A stretch of DNA of 64,000 nucleotides, from positions 1 through 64,000 of the IMG/VR virus record IMGVR_UViG_3300008116_003012, one strand, 5' to 3'. How positions within the stretch are numbered: position 1 is the first letter of the stretch; each line of letters opens with the position of its first letter. A program made the position numbers and the translations under genes. The notes under the pieces are model-generated. The model did no database searches, was not told the origin of the DNA, and was given only the letters and a program-made list of their open reading frames with translations. Positions 45,064-55,552 of the stretch are shown here, piece after piece. Source of the stretch: a virus.

Positions 45064-48000
45064 ACTATAGTTGTCCTATCATTTCTAAATACGAGATATT
45101 TATCCTCGTAATAACCGTCTACAGAATCTATTATGTAGCGATCTATGGTGTAATCTAGCAGTTTAAAATCAAAACTGCTGTTTTTAATATTTAAAATAAT
45201 CTCGTCTGCGCTGCCGGGTTTGCAGAAACAAATTGGAATTGCAGGTACCCAGTCTAATTCAGTGTAGCTGTTTTCTTGTATACTACGCATCCAAAGAGGC
45301 AAATAGTTTCTTTCTCTTCGAGCAGTTTCTATTCCTCGTAATCTTTTCCTCCAGATACTAATACTTGATGGAAATTTAACTCCTGTACCAGGATCTCCAG
45401 CAATAACATCAGTTCTGTCCACAGTAGAATTAAAAGGAATTGGTCTGTTCCAGAAAGGGTTGTCTAAGCTAAAGTTAGGTCCTTCATAGAACTGATTATT
45501 ATTATCAGCAGTTACATTTAATCTAGTAGGAGTGTGTATTACTTTAAATGGTAGATATTCCTTGCCTTTTTCTAAAGGATCTATCAAATCAACATACACT
45601 ACTTCGTAAAGAACATTATTTGTACCTGGTTCTTTTGCCACTGCTTTTTTAACTTGCCCTAATTTAAATCTTTTTGGCTTATGATTTAGACCCATTGCGC
45701 TGACATATTCTACAGCTCTTTTTGTTTCTATTCCTGCATAAACTAAAGTAGTTAAATTTCTTTGAACTCCAAAGTTAGAATCTCCTAATCTATAGATATA
45801 TCTAGGATCGAATACATCGTTGTTATCTATAAACTCTTTCCAATGCTGTCGCTGACTTTGTTTCATAAACGGTCTAGCTGTTATATTGCTATAGTAAGTG
45901 TTACTTGGAATATTGATTCTTAAATTAAATGTTTTAGTAACAGCACTATAACCTATTTGATCTCTAGCTTTTACAGTAAAAGTATAAACTTTGTCTATTG
46001 TAGTATCGTCACCGTCTATAAGAGTTGTGTTTTTATCTAATACAGCGAGTGACTCGTCTGTTTCTGGAAAGGTATATTCTCTCCAATTATCATCTGTAAA
46101 CTCAATATCACTTATATGATCAGCGGTAGCAATGTAGAATATAGGACTTCCTATTAAAGATCCTGATGCAGCTTTCATACTTACCGTAGGTTTTGCAATA
46201 GGATAATCGAAAGAGTTTGTAGGAGTTAGTTGAGTTTGTCCTTCAACTACCCCAGCGTTTGTAAGAACACTAATTAGTCCTGTTCCAAATGTTCCAGGAA
46301 TCTGAGGGAACGTCAACGTAATAGTATTGGATGTTGAATTAGTTGCAAAAAATCTTCCGTTGAATTTAGAATTTGAATTCCCGTTAATTCTATAATAAAA
46401 TTCTAATCCGCTTGAAGTTATAAATGTTAAATCGTTAACTCCGTCAACACCTCCCAAATTACTTCCTGAGATGGTAATTCTATCACCAGGTAGATATCCT
46501 GTTCCAGGATCTATTAACACAATAGAAGTAACACCTACATAGGTAGCAGGAAATCCTGTACCGTTAAATCCTTTAACAACTTTAAATCTAGCACCTGTTC
46601 CATTACCTGATGTACTTTTAACTCCTACGTTAATATATGTAGCATCGCTTGTAGAAACTGCTGCGCCTTCTATTAATGTGAAAACAGGAGCCAATGGAGC
46701 CGTCTTTTGATTAGGTATTGAAAACTTAACTCTATAAGGTCCTGATCCTTCTACTTCTAATACGCTATTAAGCTTAAGATTATTAATTTTTATTTCAATA
46801 CCGTTGTAAAAATTAAAGTCTAGTGCTGTTGAATTTATTTTAACAATATCGTTATTTTTAAAATTATGATCTGATTGAGTAACAACAGTTGCAATATTTC
46901 TTCTTCTTATAACAGACTTCACTTGATTAACTACATCAGTTTTAATAATGTCTTTAACTTTATAATCTGTTACAGGTTTCCAATAACTTCTATATCTATT
47001 TTGATCTCTAAATTGATTTACTTTACCAATTATTTCTCCGTCTAGATTTAAATCTAAGCCAGGAGGTAAACTTCCTTCTTCAATTGTATAAAGTATAGAC
47101 GCATTTTGAAAAGTTGAGTTAGCTGACACAAAGTAGGTACTAGGAAATCCTACGTCAATAGTTCCGAGGTCACTAGGACTAATCCAAGTCATTACACTAT
47201 CTACTTCTCCAAGTATGTCAACAGTGAACACTCTCCTACTAATAGAAGTTTCGCTTCCTTGACCTACTCTAGTTGCTTTAATTGTAAAACTGTAGGATTT
47301 TGTAATAGCAGGTTGGTAGGGCACAGTACCAAATATTTCTCCTGTAGTAGAATCAAATAACATTCCAGGAGGAAGAACACTGTCTGTACCTAGGTAAACT
47401 ACTTGATCTAAAGGAACATTAACATCTAAAGTATTGTTTAGGGTTAATCTATAAGAGTCTCCTCCTAGTACATCAATATCTTCTACAGTGTAAATTGTTC
47501 CAGTTGCTCCTAAAAATTCATTATTAAAAGTTAACTTCTGTCCTACTTCTGGAACTGCGGTAGTTTTTTCTAATCTAAGTTTATTAGATCCTATTCTGTT
47601 GTCTGAAGACAATTCTTTTTTAGCTATGCCATTTACTATTGCGTTAACTGTGCTTAGTTCGTAAACTACTCCGCCAAGTTCACTTGCACCTTCGTAGATA
47701 TCAATCTTAAATGTTTGATAATTATTGGCTCTTCTTAATCCTAAATATTTAGGTGTTGTAAAGATAGGAGCTCTAACATAAGTTACATCAGCAGTATATG
47801 CTCCAGTTCCTGCTTGCATAATAACATTATCAGAACGGAAGAAATCATCACCTACTACAAATATTCTAAACTTACGCTTAGTAACAGTATCACCATCAGT
47901 AATAGTTGCAATAAATTCGTAGTTCCTATTTAATTTTCTAGGCTTTAATGTTCCTACACTAAAATCATAAGTAAAAAGATCATAAACAAATGTATCATAC

Positions 48001-48599
48001 CCGTTTGTAGGTCTGTATCCAAAATCATATGATACGCTATCATATAATCCGCTGTCATAAAATCCTTGATCTTGATTTTTAGGAACAGCTAGTAAGGGTT
48101 GAACAAACCCAGTTATTCTTCCATTTGGTAACAATACTAGTCCTGGAGGAAGCTCTCCTTCTTGACTAGCTATAAAAAAGTTTAGTTTTTGGCCGGCAGC
48201 AGTATCTATATCACTAGCTGCTAATTGAAAATCTATAAAACTACTGTCAATTATAAAGTAAGCATCGTTTGCACCTACAGGAAGAAGACCAGCAGGAGTA
48301 AGCCAATTAGGCTCATCACTTCCTTCTATAGTCATTAAGAAAGTTCTATCTGAAATTTGTCCGTTTGCACTGGCTCTTATAACAAATTTATATTCAGTTG
48401 TTCTAGTAACTTCAAAAGGAGTACCTAGAATAGTTGAACTTATAAGTTTTAGGCCAGGAGGTAATGTACCAGAAATCACTTTGTAACTAACTACAACACC
48501 AGGAGGTGGGGTTACTGGCAGTTGTAAAGTTACTGTATTTCTTTCATTAAAAAATCCTAGATGATATCCGGATGCTAAATTCCATACTGATAACGCCAT
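45060..48599 (-). CDS. Large baseplate wedge-like structural protein with Ig-like (LPPGL) domains
   Basis: Repeated GxLPPGLxL...G.I.G...Y.F.I.A units; C-terminal YLPLWMRS..DRY. Confidence 0.7.
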   Translation of the reverse strand: MALSVWNLASGYHLGFFNERNTVTLQLPVTPPPGVVVSYKVISGTLPPGLKLISSTILGTPFEVTRTTEYKFVIRASANGQISDRTFLMTIEGSDEPNWLTPAGLLPVGANDAYFIIDSSFIDFQLAASDIDTAAGQKLNFFIASQEGELPPGLVLLPNGRITGFVQPLLAVPKNQDQGFYDSGLYDSVSYDFGYRPTNGYDTFVYDLFTYDFSVGTLKPRKLNRNYEFIATITDGDTVTKRKFRIFVVGDDFFRSDNVIMQAGTGAYTADVTYVRAPIFTTPKYLGLRRANNYQTFKIDIYEGASELGGVVYELSTVNAIVNGIAKKELSSDNRIGSNKLRLEKTTAVPEVGQKLTFNNEFLGATGTIYTVEDIDVLGGDSYRLTLNNTLDVNVPLDQVVYLGTDSVLPPGMLFDSTTGEIFGTVPYQPAITKSYSFTIKATRVGQGSETSISRRVFTVDILGEVDSVMTWISPSDLGTIDVGFPSTYFVSANSTFQNASILYTIEEGSLPPGLDLNLDGEIIGKVNQFRDQNRYRSYWKPVTDYKVKDIIKTDVVNQVKSVIRRRNIATVVTQSDHNFKNNDIVKINSTALDFNFYNGIEIKINNLKLNSVLEVEGSGPYRVKFSIPNQKTAPLAPVFTLIEGAAVSTSDATYINVGVKSTSGNGTGARFKVVKGFNGTGFPATYVGVTSIVLIDPGTGYLPGDRITISGSNLGGVDGVNDLTFITSSGLEFYYRINGNSNSKFNGRFFATNSTSNTITLTFPQIPGTFGTGLISVLTNAGVVEGQTQLTPTNSFDYPIAKPTVSMKAASGSLIGSPIFYIATADHISDIEFTDDNWREYTFPETDESLAVLDKNTTLIDGDDTTIDKVYTFTVKARDQIGYSAVTKTFNLRINIPSNTYYSNITARPFMKQSQRQHWKEFIDNNDVFDPRYIYRLGDSNFGVQRNLTTLVYAGIETKRAVEYVSAMGLNHKPKRFKLGQVKKAVAKEPGTNNVLYEVVYVDLIDPLEKGKEYLPFKVIHTPTRLNVTADNNNQFYEGPNFSLDNPFWNRPIPFNSTVDRTDVIAGDPGTGVKFPSSISIWRKRLRGIETARRERNYLPLWMRSIQENSYTELDWVPAIPICFCKPGSADEIILNIKNSSFDFKLLDYTIDRYIIDSVDGYYEDKYLVFRNDRTTIV

Positions 48600-48638
48600 T
48601 GTATCTCCATTTACAGTATTTACCGTAAATAGCCTAAG

Positions 48639-50285
48639 TTATCTTCTACCAAAAGTTCTTTTTCTTGGCCATAGAATACCTGAACTAGGCCTAGTTTTAT
48701 AGTTTAATTTTGGATATACACTACCTTGACTTCTTCTTTCTTGATTGTAATAAAGAAATAAATTAGGAGCTCCCTGCAAACTAGTAATATCATCATACGT
48801 TCCGTTTGTATCTGTAATTTGATTTACTTTAGCATATTTTGTAACATATTCTAACGCTTCTGCAGGAGTCATGTCAGGATAAATTTCTAATATACACGCA
48901 AGAACTCCGCAGACTTGCGGGCTTGCCATACTAGTTCCGCTGTATTTGTTTAAAAATCCAACGCCTCTAGGGTCGTTAATTCCGCCACTATTAGTTGAAC
49001 TAATAATATCTGTACCGGGCGCCCATATATCTATTCTAGGACCAGTATTGCTGTAGTCTGCTTTTAAATCTGTAGATTGAGAATCTATACTTCCTACACA
49101 AATGCTTCCTATTGCGTTACCTGGGCTGCTTCCTCTATGGTAATAGTCGATGTAGGGGGCTCCTGAAAAAATTATTGTAAAAGTATTATCATAATCTAAT
49201 CCGCCTGGTACATCTACTTTTGTAAAATCATTTGCAGCAGCAGAAACCATTATAATACCATCAGCAATAGCATCCTCTGCATCTGCATTTAGTGCAGGAT
49301 AATCTGCCGGCATATAAACCGTAGTATTAACAGCATCTATGCCATAGCTTTTTAATTCAGCATTTGTAAAAGGTCCATTAATAGTTGCACCCCTATAATT
49401 TATACTTGTTATAGGAAGTGATGTTTGATCAAGCGTGTATCCATATCCCCAACTGTGATTCATAATAGTTGGGTTACGTCTTCCTGTAGCTAAGTTTATA
49501 GGTTTAGAAGCATGAAATGCTCTAATGTAATCAAATAGAACTAACTCATCGAGTCCGTTAGGATTATTACTATAAGGGTTAATATTATAAATGTTTGCTT
49601 TTCTAGCCCATCCTTGGGTAATACCTGCAACAGTTCCTGCAACATGGCATCCGTGATTATTGTTGTTACCATCATAGGGGCTATAAACATATGATGTTGT
49701 TAACAATTGAGCAACGTCGTCATCAATTCCGGCAACAGTCGGTGTAAGAGTATGCCAATCTAATTGTATTACTCTGCTGCCTCCAGTTCCGTCAGGATTA
49801 ACTGCAAACTCAGAATGGTCTGGATTTATATGACCGTCAACAATTATTACATCAACATTTCGTCCTTCTTCGTTTACTGTAATAGTTGCTGTTTGATTTA
49901 CAACGTTATCGCTACCCCAATTTTCGATTTGCTGCCCTTCTAATACTCTAAGCAGTCCCCAGTTGATGTGTGTAGCACTAGTAACACTAGATTTATTCCA
50001 TTCTGCACTAGTTTGGGTCCAGTAAGGTCGGACTGTTAATCCTAATTCTTTAGGAAGTAAAGACACTGCTACGATTCTAGGATCTTTTCTTAATGATTCA
50101 GCTTCTTCTGCAGTCAACAAGTAATGAGTATTTCTACTTAAAGGTCTTCGCAGTTGACAATCAACTGCACGTTCTGGCATGCAGTTATAAAGAGTAGAAC
50201 GCAGAGTTTCCATATCTTTATAAAATTCAGATAGATCATCTCTATTTTTTAGAGTTATAATATACTCTTTTAGCTGATCATCCAT
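48639..50285 (-). CDS. Subtilisin-like serine protease (S8)
   Basis: Triad VIIVDG, HGCHVAG, GTSMASP; oxyanion AAN; N-terminal prodomain. Confidence 0.92.
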   Translation of the reverse strand: MDDQLKEYIITLKNRDDLSEFYKDMETLRSTLYNCMPERAVDCQLRRPLSRNTHYLLTAEEAESLRKDPRIVAVSLLPKELGLTVRPYWTQTSAEWNKSSVTSATHINWGLLRVLEGQQIENWGSDNVVNQTATITVNEEGRNVDVIIVDGHINPDHSEFAVNPDGTGGSRVIQLDWHTLTPTVAGIDDDVAQLLTTSYVYSPYDGNNNNHGCHVAGTVAGITQGWARKANIYNINPYSNNPNGLDELVLFDYIRAFHASKPINLATGRRNPTIMNHSWGYGYTLDQTSLPITSINYRGATINGPFTNAELKSYGIDAVNTTVYMPADYPALNADAEDAIADGIIMVSAAANDFTKVDVPGGLDYDNTFTIIFSGAPYIDYYHRGSSPGNAIGSICVGSIDSQSTDLKADYSNTGPRIDIWAPGTDIISSTNSGGINDPRGVGFLNKYSGTSMASPQVCGVLACILEIYPDMTPAEALEYVTKYAKVNQITDTNGTYDDITSLQGAPNLFLYYNQERRSQGSVYPKLNYKTRPSSGILWPRKRTFGRR

Positions 50286-50286
50286 A

Positions 50287-52995
50287 TTATTTCTTTTTAA
50301 TCAGTGGACGAGGATACATTAAGCCAGAATCTGGTCTAATATAACGAACATTTTTCGGAATTAACACTCCGTTATCTGGTCTCTCTTTTCTATAGTAAGC
50401 AAATCTGTTGGCACTTCCTTGCAAGCTAGTGTTATCATCGTAACTTCCTCCAGTGTCAAGTAAGTTTGATCTTGCAAATTTAGTTACAAATGCTTTTGCT
50501 TCAGCTGGTGTCATATTAGGATAAGCTTCTAACGCTAGGGCAAGTATTCCTGTAACTTGAGCACAGGCCATACTAGTACCACTACGTTTTTGATATAAGT
50601 ATCCTTTATGGATTTCTCCAGTTACTGAAGTTGTTGTTACATCAGTACCAGTTTGTGCATAGCTGAACGTTGTTTGATCTACTACAGTAACCTGTACATT
50701 GCTAACATTAAATTGTGTAATTACATTAAATTCCGTAGTAACAATATCGCCAGTTGTTAAATTATGATCTGCAGATGTTACTATTGTAACAACACCGCTA
50801 GATCTAGCAGCAGATTGAGCAGTAGTTATCAATGCATCCCCAACAATGTCAGCAGCTATTCCAGTATTATCATATACTGCTGAAGTAATATTTCTTCCAG
50901 GAGCATAGATATCTACTCTAGGACCAGTATTACTAGTTTGCGCTTTAGTTTCAGTGCTGGCACTGTCTATTGAACCTACACAAATTGCATCAGGATGACT
51001 CGCTGCTGGACTACTACCTCTTTGGTAATAAAGAGGCAATCCATTATCAATAACATAATTGTCGTAATCTAACCCGCCTTGGTTATCAATTTTAAGACCT
51101 GCATTACCTGCACTACCTACAAATATAACTCCTGCATCTATGGTATCTGAAATGTCAGCATCTATAGCAGTGCTTCTAATAGGACTAGGTCCTAATTCGT
51201 TTATACTTAATCCTCTACTGAGAATTTCAAAATCTGTAAACTCTCCTCTGTAGTTAGCATTTGATACAATTTGTAATTCAAAAGTATTAGGAGTAGCTTC
51301 AAAGAATTTCATTTCCCAAACGGTTGTAGGAGTAGTTTCGTAGGTAGTGCTGTAAGCACCTTCGTATCCTTCCCAACGTACTATAAATGTTCTACTACCT
51401 GTAGTACCAAAAGTTCCAGTCCATAAATTTTCGCAACTTCTATCGCCTGTAGAAACAAATATTTTTCTAATAGCAGGATTAGTAGCACCAAACGAAAGTG
51501 CATTACTTGGGCCGCCGAATGTAATGTGACTGTTAGAACTTACATAAACTGATCCAGTATTATATGTCTGGGTGCAGTAACTAATACCGAACGGTATTGA
51601 AAGTTGCCAGTATGCTTCATCATTTTCACTAACACTAACTCCGGAATTAACAAATGTAGGGGCAACTTGTGTAAGGCCAGTTCTTCCATTAGGAGAATAA
51701 GTAGTAGTTGTTACAGTTCCAGTTTCAATACCCGTTGTCTGGATCGTACAAGCTGTACCAGGTGCAACACTAGACAATCCGGCAATTAATGCATTTGATG
51801 TAAAAATTCCACTAATGCCTGTATCTACAGGACTAGTTGTAGGAGTAATGTCAGCTCCTCTGTAATTAATTTTTGGAAAATCGTAACTGGATGTTCCTGT
51901 ATAGGGATTTCTCCTAGTGTATAAAGTTATACCTAAGCCCCAACTGTTATTAACAATTGTTGGATTTTTTCTTCCAGTCTCTGGATTGATCGATTTGTTA
52001 TTATGAAATTCTTTTATATAGTTAAAAATTAAATCATTAGGTATAGACGTTTCTGCATCTACTCCTATTGCATTATGTTTTAAGTTATATATGTTTGCAT
52101 CTCTAGCCCAACCTTGTGTGTTGCCCGCAGCAATAGCTGCTACGTGAGTTGCGTGATTATTTTCTTGAGTGAACTCAGTGTATTGGTAAACACCTCTCCA
52201 AAATCCTTCTCCGGTAGTTCTTGTTACGTTACCTGAAGTGACACTGATATAACTTATGGTGTTGACAGTAAGACCGTCTCCGCCGTTTCCTATTGATGTT
52301 ACTCCAACCGCAGTAACAGTTACACCTGTTGCTGTAAATGAGCTGTCTGTTGTGCATACAACATTGATAACAGCGCCAGGATTTATATTGTGTGCAGTTT
52401 GAGTTGTTATAGTTGCTGTAGTTCCTGATCTTGAAATGTGCGTTATCACACAGCCAGTTCCTCTTACAGCAGCATCATGCTGACCAAACCAATCATACTG
52501 TACAAATCTTTCTCCAAATTCTGCATGATCTGGCCAAACAGTATCGTCAACTATAATTATGTCAACATTTTTACCAGTTGCATCTAAGGTTATATCTCTA
52601 GTTATAGTGCTGTTAAGAATTACATCAGAACCCCATTGAGCTTCGTTTTCAGTTACAAGGCTGCGATACAATCCCCAGTTTTTATTTCCTACTGAAATAT
52701 TGTCGCCCCTACTCCAATCACCAGTTTGGGTTGCATGTGGTTCTATTTTAATTGATGGGTCTTTTAATCTTAGTTCAACTGATTGAACTCTTTCGTCTTT
52801 AATTAATTCTCTAGCTTCATGCCTTGTGAGCAAATAATGCGTATTTCTACTTACAGGTCGCCTGTCAACACAAGGAATTGCCGCAGAAGGAATGAACGAT
52901 TTTGTTGTTCCTTCTGTTTCCATGTCTAGATAAAAATTTTCTAATTCATTGTAATTTTTTAATGTTACAATAAATTCTTGACGAAAGTCTGACAT
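50287..52995 (-). CDS. Subtilisin-like serine protease (S8) with inserted beta-rich domains
   Basis: IIIVDD, HATHVAA, SAGN, GTSMACA. Confidence 0.9.
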   Translation of the reverse strand: MSDFRQEFIVTLKNYNELENFYLDMETEGTTKSFIPSAAIPCVDRRPVSRNTHYLLTRHEARELIKDERVQSVELRLKDPSIKIEPHATQTGDWSRGDNISVGNKNWGLYRSLVTENEAQWGSDVILNSTITRDITLDATGKNVDIIIVDDTVWPDHAEFGERFVQYDWFGQHDAAVRGTGCVITHISRSGTTATITTQTAHNINPGAVINVVCTTDSSFTATGVTVTAVGVTSIGNGGDGLTVNTISYISVTSGNVTRTTGEGFWRGVYQYTEFTQENNHATHVAAIAAGNTQGWARDANIYNLKHNAIGVDAETSIPNDLIFNYIKEFHNNKSINPETGRKNPTIVNNSWGLGITLYTRRNPYTGTSSYDFPKINYRGADITPTTSPVDTGISGIFTSNALIAGLSSVAPGTACTIQTTGIETGTVTTTTYSPNGRTGLTQVAPTFVNSGVSVSENDEAYWQLSIPFGISYCTQTYNTGSVYVSSNSHITFGGPSNALSFGATNPAIRKIFVSTGDRSCENLWTGTFGTTGSRTFIVRWEGYEGAYSTTYETTPTTVWEMKFFEATPNTFELQIVSNANYRGEFTDFEILSRGLSINELGPSPIRSTAIDADISDTIDAGVIFVGSAGNAGLKIDNQGGLDYDNYVIDNGLPLYYQRGSSPAASHPDAICVGSIDSASTETKAQTSNTGPRVDIYAPGRNITSAVYDNTGIAADIVGDALITTAQSAARSSGVVTIVTSADHNLTTGDIVTTEFNVITQFNVSNVQVTVVDQTTFSYAQTGTDVTTTSVTGEIHKGYLYQKRSGTSMACAQVTGILALALEAYPNMTPAEAKAFVTKFARSNLLDTGGSYDDNTSLQGSANRFAYYRKERPDNGVLIPKNVRYIRPDSGLMYPRPLIKKK

Positions 52996-52998
52996 AAA

Positions 52999-54078
52999 TT
53001 AAGCCTCTAGTTGAATTGCAGTGAGTGTAACAGTAATTGATGCAGTAGCACCGCTTTTGTTTGTTACTCTTACAGGTATATTAGTTGTTACAGGGCTTTC
53101 GTTATTAAATCCAATTGTTGCTGGACTAATTAAAACTGTTTCTGCTCCAGTAGTAATAACTTCAGCAATAACTCCACTTCCTGGTGTTGGATCAACACCT
53201 TCAAGTCTGCTAGCGTCAGCAATTCTTGCTGCTTCACTAACATAAATTCTTACCCATGCTGCTGCACTAGTTTCTAATTTAAGTAAAGTATAAGACTTAT
53301 ATCCTACTATATTAATAGGGCCAGTTGCAGCATCTGCTAAAGAACTAGTAGATCCTGATACCGTTTGTCTAGTAAAAATAGTAGAAGAAAGATCTTGTCC
53401 GTTAACCCAAGAACTAGTTCCGCTATCATATTTTAATACTTGCCCGTCAGTCGGTGTACCAGTAATAACAACATCACTTAGTTCGTCTAGTGCAGCAGCA
53501 CCACCGCCAGTACCAACAGCATCAGTTCCGTTAACCCAATTAGTACCATCAAACTTTATAACTTGACCAGTAGTTGGTGTGCCAGTAATGACAACATCGC
53601 TTAGTCCATCTAACGTAGTTGCACCACTAGTAGCAGTTGATGCAATAGTAATTGTATCAGCGTCAGTTCTAGTAATAGTTACGTTAGATCCTGCTGCTAG
53701 TTTAACACTGTCTGTAGAACTATCACTACCTGTTAGTGTTAAATTAGCACCTCCTGATACAGTTTCTGCACTAATAGCATATGTTGCACCAGTACCACCG
53801 CCGCCTGTTGCGTCAGCAGCAGGTGCCCAGGCAGTACCGTTCCACTTTAGTACCTGCCCAGTAGAAGGTGCAGTACCTGCAACATCTAATAAATCTTGTA
53901 ATCTTAGACTTTCGGGGCCTGCAACATACGCAGTAATAGAATTCCAAGCTGTAGTTCCATCACCAATTTTAAACTTTTTAGTATCTGTTTCGAACCCTAA
54001 TTCGCCTGCGCCCAATGTAGGATTAGCACTTGTCCAGTCTGCTGCTAGTCCTCTTCTTAATAAAATCTGCACGGCCAT
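52999..54078 (-). CDS. Tail fibre-like protein (Mtd-N/hyaluronidase-type N-terminus)
   Basis: QILLRRG...W...NP.L..GE.GFETDT.KFKIGDG...W; three LxDV..GQVLK repeats. Confidence 0.78.
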   Translation of the reverse strand: MAVQILLRRGLAADWTSANPTLGAGELGFETDTKKFKIGDGTTAWNSITAYVAGPESLRLQDLLDVAGTAPSTGQVLKWNGTAWAPAADATGGGGTGATYAISAETVSGGANLTLTGSDSSTDSVKLAAGSNVTITRTDADTITIASTATSGATTLDGLSDVVITGTPTTGQVIKFDGTNWVNGTDAVGTGGGAAALDELSDVVITGTPTDGQVLKYDSGTSSWVNGQDLSSTIFTRQTVSGSTSSLADAATGPINIVGYKSYTLLKLETSAAAWVRIYVSEAARIADASRLEGVDPTPGSGVIAEVITTGAETVLISPATIGFNNESPVTTNIPVRVTNKSGATASITVTLTAIQLEA

Positions 54079-54110
54079 AAAAAACTCCTTTGATAATATA
54101 TTTATTTGTT

Positions 54111-55505
54111 TTAAGTAACTATTCCGCCGTCATAAACTTCAGTAGGACTGCTAGAAGGGTTACCACCTTCTAAACTTTCTAAGAACACTGTTCCAGGTGC
54201 ACCACCGTCTGTAATAGTAGCAGTAAATTCTGGGCCGCCACCTTCTACAATCACTGTAACAGCAGAACCAGGACCTTCTCCGTCTACAGTTACCGTCATA
54301 GTAGAACTAGGTGTACCCCCGTCTATACTTGCATCAATTAATGGATTACTTGGATTTAAAATTGTAACTGATACCGAAACAACAGGTACTATTCCATCTA
54401 AAGTCAATACAAATGTTTCAGTTTCAATAAATTCATCTAATGTTGCAGTAAATGTAAAACTTGCAAATCCGTTGTTTACAACAAATGTTCCGTTTAAATT
54501 TGCTTCGTTAATATCATCTGAGCTAACGCCTGTGATAGTGTACGGAATAGAAGTGCCATTTGCAACATTGATTGTTGTTAACGATATAGTAAATGTATTT
54601 CCTTCAACTACACTAGATGTTGACGCTTCTAAAGCATAAAGCGATGCATTAGCATCTATAGATCCTAAATCAAGTTTAATAGAAGTTCCGTCGTATATAG
54701 GACCAAAGTCTACGTTAGTAAACTGCATTACTAGGTCAAACGGATCTCTTACTCCAGATAATAGTCCAAAGTCGTAGTTAGTTATTGTAAATCCACTACT
54801 CCCAGTAGCATTAATAGTAACTTCGCCTGTTCCATTTTCTGGCGTTATTGTTACATTATTGCCTGCAATAATCTTAGTAACACCGTTGGTTGCTATAATA
54901 TTTCCAGGAGCCCAAGAATTGCCAGTCCATATTAGTGCTTGACCGTTACTAGGAATACTTGCAGTGACATCTGCTAAATCTGATAAAGTATGATTGCTTA
55001 TATCACTTACTTGACCAATCACATTTCCAGTTAGATTACCAATAACGTTTCCAGTTAAGTTACCAGTAATATTTCCTGAGATATCTCCGCTAAAGTTTCC
55101 TTCAAAAGTTCCTGTGATTATATTAGCAGTGATATCACCGTTAATAACAATATCTCCAACACCTTCAATATTGTAACCATTTAAAGTTAAATCGCCGCCA
55201 AGCCTAGGATTAGGATCTTCTATTAAACTGTTGATAGAATCTTGTACATTAAAAGTTACACTGTTAGAATCATAACTTAGAGACAGATTGTTGTTAGCAC
55301 TTGCTATACTTCTAAATCTTAGAGTATTAAGAACTTTATCAAGAAAAATAGGGCTGCCGTTGCCTAAATTTTCTGCATATAAAACAACATTGTTTTTTAT
55401 ATTTTGAAAATTTTGATTTGATTTTTCAAAAGCAGTTCGTAAGTCATCACCCGTGCCGTCATTAGGGTAACTGCCTAAATCAACTAGATTAATCTGCAGC
55501 GTCAT
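54111..55505 (-). CDS. Baseplate/fibre protein with T4 gp9/gp10-like N-terminus
   Basis: NDGTGDDLRTAFEK.N.NF, GNLTG repeats, C-terminal DGGxP repeats. Confidence 0.72.
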   Translation of the reverse strand: MTLQINLVDLGSYPNDGTGDDLRTAFEKSNQNFQNIKNNVVLYAENLGNGSPIFLDKVLNTLRFRSIASANNNLSLSYDSNSVTFNVQDSINSLIEDPNPRLGGDLTLNGYNIEGVGDIVINGDITANIITGTFEGNFSGDISGNITGNLTGNVIGNLTGNVIGQVSDISNHTLSDLADVTASIPSNGQALIWTGNSWAPGNIIATNGVTKIIAGNNVTITPENGTGEVTINATGSSGFTITNYDFGLLSGVRDPFDLVMQFTNVDFGPIYDGTSIKLDLGSIDANASLYALEASTSSVVEGNTFTISLTTINVANGTSIPYTITGVSSDDINEANLNGTFVVNNGFASFTFTATLDEFIETETFVLTLDGIVPVVSVSVTILNPSNPLIDASIDGGTPSSTMTVTVDGEGPGSAVTVIVEGGGPEFTATITDGGAPGTVFLESLEGGNPSSSPTEVYDGGIVT

Positions 55506-55552
55506 ATGTTTCCTTAGTTGTACTATATTTATGCACCATTTTTAAATATCCT

